Below, piece by piece: positions 10,901 through 21,136 of a stretch of 64,000 bases of DNA; within the stretch, counting starts at the first letter, position 1, and every line of letters begins with the position of its first letter. Below the pieces are notes generated by a model. The model ran no database searches. It was not told where the DNA came from and saw only the letters and a list, made by a program, of their open reading frames with translations. The stretch spans positions 64,001-128,000 of the IMG/VR virus record IMGVR_UViG_3300020469_000011. The stretch is one strand, 5' to 3'. The translations under genes were made by a program, and so were the position numbers. The DNA comes from a virus.

Positions 10901-11668
10901 CTCCAACTGTTGTAGTTGAAAGATATTAGCAAGACCTAGAATAGAATCTAGAAAGGCACTAATGGAATCTATATTTTCAGTTATATCTAATGAAAAATAA
11001 AGAAACAATCCATCATATGTACCAAGAGGTCTAGATAAATTATCAATAGAAGTTTCTACATTTATAAAATCACTTCTTGTATATTTTTTATCTCCTTCTG
11101 CAAAATCTGTTCTATAGAAAGAATCATATAATTTTTCAAATTTTCTCCCTGATTTTTTTAATCCTTCTCCTATTGATGTTTGATAGGGTTTTGTTCTTGG
11201 TAGATTCTCATCAGAAACATCATAAAATTTTCTATATGCAATACTTGCTTGTTGTTCTAAAGAAGTTGTGGGTAAATTTCTTAAACCCCAATTATTTGTA
11301 TTAGGCGGAATTACTAATGCATAAACTCCTAATCTTAATAAAGAATCTAAAGAATTATAAATAAAATCATGAATATATTTTAATACTGCTCTCATGAAAT
11401 TTTCTAGTAAATCTAAAAAATCACGAACTAGTGTAAGAGCAGTAATAGCAAAATCAAAATTATTTACAACTAAATTCCGAACATTTTGCATGTATTCTAA
11501 GTTTTCTTCAATTACATCCTTATTACCAAGACTAATAAAAAATGCAGAGTTGGCGACTTCTTTCCACTCTCCAGCGGTAGCAGTTTCGGTATCAAACTTC
11601 TGTAATTTATCTGTAAAGGTTGCAAAATCTCTACCAGTTGCCTCTCTATATTCCCCTATTGTCGGCAT
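7976..11668 (-). CDS. Large hypothetical virion protein (1230 aa, helical/coiled-coil)
   Basis: Long ORF co-oriented within the baseplate operon; no recognisable family motif. Confidence 0.75.
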   Translation of the reverse strand: MPTIGEYREATGRDFATFTDKLQKFDTETATAGEWKEVANSAFFISLGNKDVIEENLEYMQNVRNLVVNNFDFAITALTLVRDFLDLLENFMRAVLKYIHDFIYNSLDSLLRLGVYALVIPPNTNNWGLRNLPTTSLEQQASIAYRKFYDVSDENLPRTKPYQTSIGEGLKKSGRKFEKLYDSFYRTDFAEGDKKYTRSDFINVETSIDNLSRPLGTYDGLFLYFSLDITENIDSISAFLDSILGLANIFQLQQLEGMHDDMKSLFNDTSTKKIKVLTDNKLSSLSLSTFNPSTKLEQKNQTSGLLYPVDENLENIFIVPADPILNMSEARKEKLEQDLANQGAIANTNFDIAANSANAVFDSAFRENLDNDFFEGRLGGYSAQKEDIKDIKTEIIYWEIVPAAKNILDDLSRLNLEEDNTVLNIQEVLNKHYFQKDSITSAIIKYSSESSFGKNRYAELRSFLEALNAYNSASAISSDMNTSLTNRFNDIKTAATALKNKSTSGDLEGGNPFTMVTSIIDSTNTREAKLKKYEEDLIDIENKIRKDTEEQFLDTANTANDIVKTKTLQLEEIKLYQENNKLDLTKSAKVIYYDDEYTLANKNNLYKNLFQQTYNVEDSLIEKTSHVHTFTIQSVKDKNSNITATYDSIVANKYVQIIKVEGGDQTVLADGIVWESTEQPYNQDGGGAWAKLNFSDLTGTTNIIKNVQNYVTSLYETVSASNSPKDSLLDNTIEQLENIKESLVTLIDAIEEIITLLNFQLNLKFKVYGRYARTNGLEGYDELANKLTRVDDINYKDRPPKSSFRPSNLASVDKHLRRIKRLDPVEAEKIKEEINTLFAKKNDPANERKKSLEDKSILDAMTDTEWNDSLDAAKELGANTINKLQSSITKPFEVGSAIYTNIENNGGIFSKSQNEETSRRNKIAYLKAKIYADIARAELDYSNEFGFSLLFLSYLPKGLPFYPVRHISQLLGLNDSADLDTDIETGQIDKILDPNGLDLDFITTNTKVRSVTDLEEIQLQLSKDTNPSPSVKEREDPEAITLSFDGFRTTNSFELDDNNIDALSSDPSYFNAIGSSTPYEFNIIGTLDSNFLHGVKSKDALKLSQDDNNITNNALYRFEFEMEVEVADAATNAIYNTNFPEINKIDVYMGVLFEGQKNAHRYATQLNGDSSEVFKFGRTKKKRFIGEIPLGVEDLTILKPYILIGYQDPDFNMRVFTFKIDTAINFYRTN

Positions 11669-11802
11669 GACCCCTTTTTATTTTTTTCTTCTTTTTGTAA
11701 TTTTTCTATAAAGGAAACACATAGCTTTAAAGTATCACGTACTTGTTCTAGTTGTTTTATTTCTTTTTCTATCTTATCCTTACTATTTACATTCTCTGTC
11801 AT
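11656..11802 (-). CDS. Small coiled-coil protein (48 aa, MTENVNSKDKIEKEIKQLEQVRDTLKLC...)
   Basis: Translated by hand; fills the gap between two genes and overlaps both; AGGA upstream. Confidence 0.5.
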   Translation of the reverse strand: MTENVNSKDKIEKEIKQLEQVRDTLKLCVSFIEKLQKEEKNKKGSCRQ

Positions 11803-13879
11803 ATATCTTTGTTCCTATTATATGGTAATTTCTATGATTTACTGTGTTACCAGTCTCATCTACAACATTTGCGGCATTTCTATTTTCAATATCTTGATCT
11901 ATAATTTTTTCATAATTTACCAAACTATTGACAGAAGAACGTAATTCCTCTGAGATACCATTAGGTTCCAAATACCATAATATAAATTCTACAATTTTGT
12001 AAGATAAGTTTTTAGGAGTACCCGTAGATAATGTTTTAAATTCATTAGGATCAGAACATAATTTTGTCCAAGTATTAACATCATAGCCACTTTTTCCTTT
12101 ATCAAATATATTTTTCATTTCTGAAAATTTACCAATAACATCATTTATTGCAGATATTTCATTTAAATTAACTGAGCTACCTATATTATAATCTGTAATT
12201 GCAGAGTCATATTCACTGACTGTACTGGTATAACTTGTAGGTGTAGCAGCAATAGTTGCTTCTGGTATAAAGTTTTTAAGAAAATTTAAATTACTTGTTT
12301 TGGCATCATCTGGCCATCCTGTGTTTGCTAAGTAATTATTCCAAACAGTTTCATCTGTTGGATACATTATATCAAATAAGCATTTATCTTGACTTGTTCT
12401 ACGAATCTCAACATTTGCAACAGGACTTTCTGTTTCTAATAATTTAATATTGAAATTAGTTTCTACTCCTGTACCTGATACGTCTTTTAATTGTTTTGCT
12501 AATTGTTCATAAAATACTCCTATTTTAGTTTCAAATAACAAACGAAATAAATTAGGAACAAAATATTGATACTTTTTTAAAGTTGGAATCTGTGAGTTAG
12601 CTAAACGGCTTCTAGTATTTTCAACAATTTCATTTTGCAAATAAGGTGCATCTAAATTAATTACACCACCGCCTCTGTACGGATAAAAAGGACTTTGATC
12701 AAAATAAGGAAAATAATATTGTGTGTATAAAAATGCGTAATAATCAATAGGGTTATAGGTCGGTGGTGATTGAAAATATTTATATGCTGGATGTTTTATT
12801 ATTTGAGTTTTATCAAGTGTTGTTTTTGTTGTTGAAATAACAGCAGCATGAGCATCTACACTACCTCTGAAACCATCTACATCTAATCCGAAAATAAGAT
12901 TTAGTAATCCATTGATAGCATCAAAAACTGGAGCGAAAATTGCTTTAACACCACTCCAAATAAAACCTCCAATATCTATATCAATAATGCCGGAGATTTT
13001 CATCCAGCTTAAAGGATTAGATGGTCCAAAGGCAATCAGTTCAAAATCAAATCTACCACCTCTAGCTTCTCCAACACCTACAACTCTTAACGTATTTTCA
13101 AATGGCTTTCTATGTATTGTTAATACATACTTTTTATTATAAGTTACATTTTCACCTTCTGGTACAAATCCTGTTGAAAAATATGGATTAAAAAAGAAAC
13201 TTGCTGTATTTTGATTTCTATATGACAATGTTTTATCATCTTTAACATCTTCATTATTACCTATCCAAATTGTATGTGTGCTTCCGGTGCTACATTTATT
13301 TCCACTTATATTACCAGGAACTCTTTCATTTGCAACTCTAACATCTATTTCTACATCAACAGCAGTTTCAAAACCATTTTCTATATCTCCCCAAGTGCCT
13401 TCCCAATTATACAAACCGACAGTACAAGCATCTTCTGTATAATCCTCTGGGTCTGTATCTGCATTTGTTATACCCGTGTTTCTTTCCCTTGTACTACTAA
13501 CAGTAAGTGACCAATCTTGATTAGGATTATCAATCATTTTAAAGGGAATATCTATACCATCACTAAATGTTTCTATAGTAGATACAATAGAACCTGGTGA
13601 ATTATTAGCGATGTCTGTCTTATCAAGTGCTCTATTCAATTCATTATTATATGGACCTAAACCCAATCCTTTATTATCACCATCTGATCTTAATACACTA
13701 TCTGGAGCTATCCAATTACCTAAGTAATCGTAAAAGTTTTTAGCAGGAACTTTCATAATAGTATCTGCCGTTTCATTATCTGGTTTCCAATCCTTATTGA
13801 TGATAAGTTCTGGAGATACAACAGTAGCAGTACCTATGATTTGATCGTATATCTTTTTTATCTTGCGAAATTTTGCCAT
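11783..13879 (-). CDS. Hypothetical virion protein (698 aa)
   Basis: ORF track; position in structural operon. Confidence 0.7.
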   Translation of the reverse strand: MAKFRKIKKIYDQIIGTATVVSPELIINKDWKPDNETADTIMKVPAKNFYDYLGNWIAPDSVLRSDGDNKGLGLGPYNNELNRALDKTDIANNSPGSIVSTIETFSDGIDIPFKMIDNPNQDWSLTVSSTRERNTGITNADTDPEDYTEDACTVGLYNWEGTWGDIENGFETAVDVEIDVRVANERVPGNISGNKCSTGSTHTIWIGNNEDVKDDKTLSYRNQNTASFFFNPYFSTGFVPEGENVTYNKKYVLTIHRKPFENTLRVVGVGEARGGRFDFELIAFGPSNPLSWMKISGIIDIDIGGFIWSGVKAIFAPVFDAINGLLNLIFGLDVDGFRGSVDAHAAVISTTKTTLDKTQIIKHPAYKYFQSPPTYNPIDYYAFLYTQYYFPYFDQSPFYPYRGGGVINLDAPYLQNEIVENTRSRLANSQIPTLKKYQYFVPNLFRLLFETKIGVFYEQLAKQLKDVSGTGVETNFNIKLLETESPVANVEIRRTSQDKCLFDIMYPTDETVWNNYLANTGWPDDAKTSNLNFLKNFIPEATIAATPTSYTSTVSEYDSAITDYNIGSSVNLNEISAINDVIGKFSEMKNIFDKGKSGYDVNTWTKLCSDPNEFKTLSTGTPKNLSYKIVEFILWYLEPNGISEELRSSVNSLVNYEKIIDQDIENRNAANVVDETGNTVNHRNYHIIGTKIYDRECK

Positions 13880-13885
13880 ATTATA

Positions 13886-15529
13886 TTAGATAATTCTAGA
13901 GTGATAATTAGGTTCATGACCGATTTCTGCATTTTCAACAATAGCTGTTACTGGAGTTAATGCAGGACCTCCTGATATTGGAGGAGATGGATTTATTATA
14001 TTTGTAAACGAATCATATTTTACAAGTAGTGATTCTTTAATAGTTGATGTCTCTCCTGGAGTAATACCTCCACTATTAAAGAAAATAACATTTGCTACAT
14101 TTGCATTAAGACCTGGTAAAAATCTGATATCAAATGCTCTGTCATAAGCAAATCCATATATTTCTGCTGCTATATCATCCGCTTCTATTTTATAAAATTG
14201 ATTGAATAACGATAGTGGAACTCCTGGATATGTTGATAATATTGGAACATTAAAGCCACTAATATTATAAGTATCGTGATAACCTTCACTAAAAGCGAAT
14301 TCCTCATTTACAGGTGAAGCGGCGCCCAACTCTGCATTAATATAAATTGGATTATAAAACACATGCACGTTATTTGCATTTGCAGGAGGTGATACTACAT
14401 TAAATGAAACTTTTGTTGGTGCTGGTACTACACTAACTTCTTCAACTGTTATTTCAACTTCTGGATCTGTCATGCCAATAAACAAATATAACTCTTCATC
14501 AATTACAGAAGAACCATTTAAAAAATTAAACGGTGTCATGTTAGTATCGGTGGATACGTCAGTAGTTTCTATATAAATGTTATTATTTGATTTGAAATTT
14601 TGATTGTATGTTAAAGTGTGTATATCATCTGCATATTTTAATACATTATTAGCAGTGTCAATTGTTTCATAATCAGGAACACTCCAATTAAAAAGGTTTG
14701 CACTTGGATATGTTACAGGAGCAACAAGCGAATCGTCAATTACTGTATTTGCTGCTTTAGTTATTAAAGGTACTTTATTAGTATATAAAAATACTATACC
14801 AGCAGTATTTGCTAACGTAGCATTAGTTTTATATGAACGAACATTAAAAACCTTTACAGTTTGTAAAGTGTCTTTATTCCATGAATCTGCACGAAACTTA
14901 TATCTCAATGGTTGTGTCGCATTTCCTCTACCATCTGTTGCAACAACTTTTAATGTATTGATGTTATTGTTAATATTTGCAGCAGGTACTGTAAAATCGG
15001 AGGGAAATGTGGTGATAGTGGGTAGTGCTTGTCCGTTTAATTCAACATCAACTTTTAAACCTGTTGCACTAATACTATCATAAACATCTACCTCAAATGT
15101 AGCATCCGCACTACTAAAAATATTTGTTTTTGATCTAAGGGTCATTAAAGGAGGATCAGTATCATTAAAAGAACGTAATATATATGTTTTACTACCAGGA
15201 ACAACATTATCATGTGAGTCTTTTCCAGTAAGTACTAATTCATATTCATTATCTCCTATAGGAAACGCATTAGATATTGGAATTGTTCCACTACTAGCAG
15301 TAACACTACCAGATCCTTTACTAACAACAGTGCTAACTCCATCTGCTTTGGTTTGAATTAAAGACCAGTTTAAGGTCTTAAAACTAGCATCACCATTACT
15401 TCCTCTTTTTACACCGGAACTTGTAAATTCTACAATTGGAGTTTCTCTAGTAGCTCTCCAACCTCCTAATCCAGAAACTACTTCCCATCCGTTACTTTCA
15501 GTAAATATTCCAGAAAAACTTATTGCCAT
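13886..15529 (-). CDS. Virion protein with probable Ig-like beta-sandwich domains (547 aa)
   Basis: YELVLTGKDSHDN, DTDPPLMTL and NTLKVVATDGRGN are typical Ig-like repeat signatures. Confidence 0.65.
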   Translation of the reverse strand: MAISFSGIFTESNGWEVVSGLGGWRATRETPIVEFTSSGVKRGSNGDASFKTLNWSLIQTKADGVSTVVSKGSGSVTASSGTIPISNAFPIGDNEYELVLTGKDSHDNVVPGSKTYILRSFNDTDPPLMTLRSKTNIFSSADATFEVDVYDSISATGLKVDVELNGQALPTITTFPSDFTVPAANINNNINTLKVVATDGRGNATQPLRYKFRADSWNKDTLQTVKVFNVRSYKTNATLANTAGIVFLYTNKVPLITKAANTVIDDSLVAPVTYPSANLFNWSVPDYETIDTANNVLKYADDIHTLTYNQNFKSNNNIYIETTDVSTDTNMTPFNFLNGSSVIDEELYLFIGMTDPEVEITVEEVSVVPAPTKVSFNVVSPPANANNVHVFYNPIYINAELGAASPVNEEFAFSEGYHDTYNISGFNVPILSTYPGVPLSLFNQFYKIEADDIAAEIYGFAYDRAFDIRFLPGLNANVANVIFFNSGGITPGETSTIKESLLVKYDSFTNIINPSPPISGGPALTPVTAIVENAEIGHEPNYHSRII

Positions 15530-15552
15530 TTTATTATATACCTTTTAACATT

Positions 15553-18546
15553 TTAAATTTCTTCATATTCAACTAATCGTATGAAATAACTATCTAATAG
15601 TTGAGGTGGTGAATTTAATGGTGTTTTTAAACTTAATATAAATGTCCCATCACTTGTTGTTCCAATATTAGGATCAAAATCTAAAACATTTGTAGATGAA
15701 TTTATACTGATATTAAGAGCAGTAGTTCCTAATTTAAAATCAAGCTTAGATGCAAATGCGTTATAATTAAATTGATAAGATGATGCTGATACTCCTTTAG
15801 AAGCAAAGTAAGTGCTTCTAGTTATATTTGCATTATTATACTCATTTAAACTATTTGCAGTAGTTGTTCCATCCATATAAACAGTTTGGAAATATTTCAT
15901 CCAATAATCTACAACATCACCATTAGAGGCAAATAATGTATTTTCTGTATCTTTATCATACTTATTAAAAAATAAGTGTGCGTTAGAGTATCCCTTTCTA
16001 CCTTTTTTAAGTACTTTAAATCTATACGGACTGACAACTTCTTGAACTAACATATCTAAACCACATGTGTTATAATCAATAGAGTTTAAATTTGCTGGAT
16101 CATCAGAAGGATTTACTAAAGTACCATATGGGTCATCTGTTGGAAGAGGTGAATTTTTTACCTTTCTTATTTTTAATATGTCACCGTCTCCAAATCCGTG
16201 AGAAATTGGATTACTATTTTTAATTGTTTCTAATACAATATAAGGATCTTCACCATCTGTAAAATATAAACTACCAATTCTAGATTGATTAAGTTGATCT
16301 TTTAGTGTATCTCTAACATCAGGTTTTTTGTCATAAATTGGTGTTCCTAAAGGTTTTGTAAACGTATTGTAATTATAAACATCTAGAAAAGATTCTAAAG
16401 CGGCGGTTACATTAGCAGTATCCTTAATTGTTTTTGTTACATCTGGTATTTTAGTAAAATCAGCATTACTATTACGATAAAGTATTACTTTTTCTGTATT
16501 CGCTCTAGGAACATGAAATACTATACTATTACCTCCAGAATCAGCGCCTGTTGCCGAACCTTTTAATAAGAAGCTACCGGCTCCCTCTACATCAAAACCA
16601 CTATTTAATAAGTCAGGTGATTCTGAATTTGACATAATATTAAATCCAAGACGGTTTATTTTTCCTACATAAGATTGATTTTCAGAATATGCAGGCGTTA
16701 CTTCTATCTGAGTATTACTTGTTACTTCTCTGATTTTATGATACATTTTAAAGCTTTGTGATTTTGCACCTTGCAAGCTTTCTAATGCTCTAGTTATCTT
16801 TGCTCCTCTTGTAAGTGTACCATTAGAAAATCCATTATCTAAATTAGCTTGATCTTTCGGAACTATAACATCATTGGCATCAAGAACAATATATGCACCT
16901 TCTAATCTGTTTTCACGTATATTTCCAAAACGATATTTGAAAGTTCTTCCGCCACCATATTCTTGTATTGTAACTAAATCTCCAACTTCAAAATATCTAT
17001 TTGCTTGATAATTTTGATTTGTAAATTCAATTGTTCCTAAAAGCCTGTTTACTGGTGATGGAATTAAATTTACGCTTTCATTCACTGTAGAAAATAAATC
17101 AGTTGTTACTTCTTTAGATTTCACTTGCAGTGTGCCATCTGTAGTAAACTTAGCATCGTATAGTAAACTTAATCCTAAAACACTTTCTTGTTGAAGTATG
17201 CTTTTATTATTGGTATCAAGAAATGTTTCCATATTTGTTAATTTGTATTCTACACCACTTATTTCTATTTTAGTATTATCTTTGTATATTGTTGGGAAGT
17301 GTTGTCCTCTATAATAAATAGTATTGTCTCCTGTACTAAAGAAACTGCCACCAATGCGTCTTTCTGGAAAACTTAGTTCTATGATATCATCTACAGTTAA
17401 TTCTTCTGTGAAACGTGTTTCCGTACCTTTGATGGGGTCACGTACAATAAGTCCTGTTCCTGCATAATTTAAATCAATTGTATTTGCTGCACCTGTAAAA
17501 TCTCCTGTGTCTGGATTGAACACCAAATCTAAAACAACATCTAAATCAGGTACTATAACTTGATCTCCATCATTAAGAATAGTACCATCTGTAGTAGTAA
17601 CAATCGGTTTACCTCCACCAATAGGAGTTGTTATTAAGAAAGTTCCCTCATCTCCAGGATCCATTTCAATAGTTCCTGTAAGTTCAAATTTATTTTGTAA
17701 GACTAATTCTTCAGTTTCTATTGGAGAACCATCAAATACCATTCTTAGTGGTATTGGTTCAGGACTCACTAATTTACTAAAGGGAAATCCTCCATTGGGA
17801 GTAATATGTGGAAATTGATTATCGCTAAGAGATATCAATGTATTTAAATCGGCTCCTTCAGAACCTGCAGTTATATTTTCATTTATAGTTGTTACACAAT
17901 TAGCTTGATCTGGAATTCCATTTAATATTCCACAATGCATATATGGCAACCAAGGATATTCACTATCATAGCCAGATTCTCTATATTTTGGAATGTAAGC
18001 AGATAGAGGTAAAATTCTAGAATAAACTCCATTTGCTACATTATCTATATAAGTATTACTAGAACCTTTTGTTTCTATAAAAGTATTACCTTGTGAATCA
18101 ATACATTGTAGTATTATACTTTCACAACTATTTCCCATATCAGTAGTTTCATCACTATCTGTATAGAAGCGGAACGCTAATGCAGAAAATCTACCTCCAC
18201 CAATCCAATTTTGTTGTTCGGCTGTTGTTGGTTGATTTTGATCTTGAAAAGGTAATGCACCTAACATGTTAAAACGATGAATATATCTATCAATATCACT
18301 ATCGGTATTAACTGTTTTTTCACTAAAATCCAACCCTCTTAATTGTGCTCTTCTTAATCCAAGAGCAGTACAAACTCTTATGATTTCAGATACTTCAATA
18401 AAATTAAGAGACTGCATTTCCTGAACCATAAAGTTTGCATTATCAATTATTCTTTTTCTTAATTGCTGAACAGCAGCTGGAACTGTTTGTAATCTCAATG
18501 ATATGGCTTTTCTTTTCTGTAGTTTAGAAGCATCTCTTGTTGACAT
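15553..18546 (-). CDS. Hypothetical virion/baseplate protein (997 aa)
   Basis: ORF track; beta-rich; GTETRFTEELTVDDII-type segment; structural operon. Confidence 0.7.
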   Translation of the reverse strand: MSTRDASKLQKRKAISLRLQTVPAAVQQLRKRIIDNANFMVQEMQSLNFIEVSEIIRVCTALGLRRAQLRGLDFSEKTVNTDSDIDRYIHRFNMLGALPFQDQNQPTTAEQQNWIGGGRFSALAFRFYTDSDETTDMGNSCESIILQCIDSQGNTFIETKGSSNTYIDNVANGVYSRILPLSAYIPKYRESGYDSEYPWLPYMHCGILNGIPDQANCVTTINENITAGSEGADLNTLISLSDNQFPHITPNGGFPFSKLVSPEPIPLRMVFDGSPIETEELVLQNKFELTGTIEMDPGDEGTFLITTPIGGGKPIVTTTDGTILNDGDQVIVPDLDVVLDLVFNPDTGDFTGAANTIDLNYAGTGLIVRDPIKGTETRFTEELTVDDIIELSFPERRIGGSFFSTGDNTIYYRGQHFPTIYKDNTKIEISGVEYKLTNMETFLDTNNKSILQQESVLGLSLLYDAKFTTDGTLQVKSKEVTTDLFSTVNESVNLIPSPVNRLLGTIEFTNQNYQANRYFEVGDLVTIQEYGGGRTFKYRFGNIRENRLEGAYIVLDANDVIVPKDQANLDNGFSNGTLTRGAKITRALESLQGAKSQSFKMYHKIREVTSNTQIEVTPAYSENQSYVGKINRLGFNIMSNSESPDLLNSGFDVEGAGSFLLKGSATGADSGGNSIVFHVPRANTEKVILYRNSNADFTKIPDVTKTIKDTANVTAALESFLDVYNYNTFTKPLGTPIYDKKPDVRDTLKDQLNQSRIGSLYFTDGEDPYIVLETIKNSNPISHGFGDGDILKIRKVKNSPLPTDDPYGTLVNPSDDPANLNSIDYNTCGLDMLVQEVVSPYRFKVLKKGRKGYSNAHLFFNKYDKDTENTLFASNGDVVDYWMKYFQTVYMDGTTTANSLNEYNNANITRSTYFASKGVSASSYQFNYNAFASKLDFKLGTTALNISINSSTNVLDFDPNIGTTSDGTFILSLKTPLNSPPQLLDSYFIRLVEYEEI

Positions 18547-18560
18547 AAAAAATAATCCTA

Positions 18561-19034
18561 TTATGTAAATGGTCCAATAATTGTAGCGCCTGCTGCTTTT
18601 GGATCAGAAACTGTTATCTGTATTGCTCTACAAGTTTTATCAATTGCAGTTGCCAATCCTATCGCAAATATGTCTGAACTAGGATTAGGAACTCGGCAAA
18701 TTTTTAAAATGTCAGGTAACATCAATCCTTTTGGAAATACTACTGGTCCAATCTGACCCGCAGTTTGTATTGTTGCTAGACCAGATTCAATTGCTGTAGT
18801 TAAATTACTAGCAAAAACACTTGATTCAAAATTAAAAACATTTCTAAAAACACCTAATAGTTGAGCAGTTGGTGGAATCCATCCTGTAAAAGGTCCAGGT
18901 ATTATATTTAACCCTGTAGACAAATAAAGTTGAATTCCTTGTATAATTTCTGGTACTATAATAGAAGATTCAGGATTAAACTTTCTAAAACTACTTGTAA
19001 AACTAGATATCAATGTTGTTGGTTGAAGAGCCAT
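18561..19034 (-). CDS. Small spike-adjacent protein with threefold internal repeat
   Basis: Directly follows gp5; repeats FRKFNPESS / FRNVFNFESS / CRVPNPSS, each followed by an amphipathic helix. Confidence 0.65.
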   Translation of the reverse strand: MALQPTTLISSFTSSFRKFNPESSIIVPEIIQGIQLYLSTGLNIIPGPFTGWIPPTAQLLGVFRNVFNFESSVFASNLTTAIESGLATIQTAGQIGPVVFPKGLMLPDILKICRVPNPSSDIFAIGLATAIDKTCRAIQITVSDPKAAGATIIGPFT

Positions 19035-19042
19035 AATATAAT

Positions 19043-21136
19043 TTAAAATACAAAAGTTTTTTTACAATAAGCATTTGCAATTGCATTTGATATAGTAGGG
19101 TCCGCTAAATTTACAGGTGACGTTGGTCCTACTGCTGTTAAATGTGTGTGCATATTAAATGCTTGCATGAACGAACTACCTTTTATTGCTGGTTCAACAG
19201 CACTTCTATCTCCTAAACGAACAGCAGTATCACTATGTACCATAGTTTCAAGTTTAGAACTAGTAGATATGAATGATTTTGCTCTTGCAAAAATTTCTTG
19301 ATCTGATAGTATATAAGTACCAATTCTGGAGCGAGTGACTATTCCTTGTCCAGATTCTATATGTGTATTTAATCTAGATTTGGTAGATATATTTGTAGCA
19401 GTAGAAACTACATCAACTGATCCACCTTTAACATTTACACTTCCTAATTGTGTTGTAACTAACTTTACAGAATTTTTAGCAGTTGTTTCTAATACAATAT
19501 TTCCTCTTGAAGACCTAAAATAAATATAGCCTGTTTGAGTTTGTCCAATTATACTAGCCGGATGTGATTGATGCCTTTCAAATTCTGGTGCATATTGAAA
19601 TTGAGCAGTAGTTGCAATGGAAGTGGGGTTAGCAGAAGTAACAGTAAATGATGCTAAATCTGATACTCTAAACGGACCTGGTAATCCATCAAAAGATCTG
19701 GCTGAAATTCTAGTGTCTCCATCTTGAGCATTTAATTCAATGTGACCGTGTTTAGCTTTAACTTCAACTCCTAGTGGGTGAGGAGCATACATTGTTGGCA
19801 TTGTAAAATCATTCTCAGCAATCATAGATATCTGATGATTTGAGCCAATTGTAAAGTTATCGCCGGCATGAAAATTAGTTTCCATTGCCGAACTGATTTT
19901 AGAACTACCAGTAGATAATTCGTATAGTCCTGCTACTTTACCTATATGAGAATTTCTTACTACATAATTGTGAGTACCTACTACTGTATCTAGAAGTTGA
20001 GTATCTTGCAATATTTCATTTGAAGCCACATATCTTAATGAAGACGCATTGAAAGTAGTTCTTCCTGTGGGAGTTTTTATATTAAAATTACCACCTTCAA
20101 CAGTCAGATTATAATCACTTGTACCACATACCCTAACAGTATAATGTTCTGCAGCTAAATTTGCAGCATTAATCATAAGTGCATAACCTTGATTATAAGT
20201 AGAATATTTTCTACCTTTGGTATATTCATAGCTATGATGTTCTGTTAGATCGTATCTCTCATTTACTGTTTTTTGTACTAGTTTACCATCAGGATGTATT
20301 TCTCTAAATGTACCTGAACGATGATATTCATGTATTCTTTCTCCTCTTGGTGTATCATCATATTCTATTATATGACCAGATTCAGTTTCCCATACGTGAT
20401 TAAAGGGATACATTGCAGAATATGGAGACGTAGGCTGATTAAATTTTATTCCTTCTAAAGAAGTTTTCACACCTCTATTTTCTAATTTTATTTTAGAAAG
20501 TAATGGTTCTTTATAAACTCTGGGTGATGTTTCCATTGTAGAGCAAGTTGAAATATCTTTATTAAATGCTATACTAAGGTCAAGCATACCTCTTGCAAGT
20601 TTAGGAGTTGTTGCCTTTCCTTCTCCTTCTATTCTTGGATATCGTTCTACATATTCATCATTATCTATTTCTACACCCAAAGCATTATCCATTCTTTTTC
20701 TTACTTGTGTAGGAGGATTCGGAAATCCTCTACTACTTAACATACTGTCAGGTCTAACATCTTTAAAACCATAAAGATTATAATCTTCAGAATCCTCAAA
20801 ATTTAATTTATCTGGTTTATTAGCATATCCACCAATAGAACCCATTATTAAAGGTTGTTGCGCTTCATCACCATCTAAAAAAATACCAATAACCCAAGAA
20901 CCTTCAACTAGTCCTGTTGGACTTTTTCCAACATCTGTCTGTGCTGCTGAAGTTGTGGGTTGCATTACCATTGCCCAAGGAAGGTCTTCTGTTGGTATGT
21001 CTATGGTACTTGCAGTGTGATAACCAAAACATCTTACTTTAACTCTACCTAGAAAATTTGGGTCCATACGATCTTCTACTACACCTACGAACCATACTAA
21101 ATTTTTTCCAAAATTAATATTGTTTAAATCAAACAT
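19043..21136 (-). CDS. gp5: Baseplate hub/central spike gp5 (no lysozyme domain)
   Basis: WFVGVVEDRMDPNFLGRVKVRCFGYHT (gp5 OB-fold); YPFNHVWETESGHIIEYDDTP..ERIHEYHRSGTF (start of beta-helix); C-terminal HTH (His-Thr-His). Confidence 0.93.
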   Translation of the reverse strand: MFDLNNINFGKNLVWFVGVVEDRMDPNFLGRVKVRCFGYHTASTIDIPTEDLPWAMVMQPTTSAAQTDVGKSPTGLVEGSWVIGIFLDGDEAQQPLIMGSIGGYANKPDKLNFEDSEDYNLYGFKDVRPDSMLSSRGFPNPPTQVRKRMDNALGVEIDNDEYVERYPRIEGEGKATTPKLARGMLDLSIAFNKDISTCSTMETSPRVYKEPLLSKIKLENRGVKTSLEGIKFNQPTSPYSAMYPFNHVWETESGHIIEYDDTPRGERIHEYHRSGTFREIHPDGKLVQKTVNERYDLTEHHSYEYTKGRKYSTYNQGYALMINAANLAAEHYTVRVCGTSDYNLTVEGGNFNIKTPTGRTTFNASSLRYVASNEILQDTQLLDTVVGTHNYVVRNSHIGKVAGLYELSTGSSKISSAMETNFHAGDNFTIGSNHQISMIAENDFTMPTMYAPHPLGVEVKAKHGHIELNAQDGDTRISARSFDGLPGPFRVSDLASFTVTSANPTSIATTAQFQYAPEFERHQSHPASIIGQTQTGYIYFRSSRGNIVLETTAKNSVKLVTTQLGSVNVKGGSVDVVSTATNISTKSRLNTHIESGQGIVTRSRIGTYILSDQEIFARAKSFISTSSKLETMVHSDTAVRLGDRSAVEPAIKGSSFMQAFNMHTHLTAVGPTSPVNLADPTISNAIANAYCKKTFVF

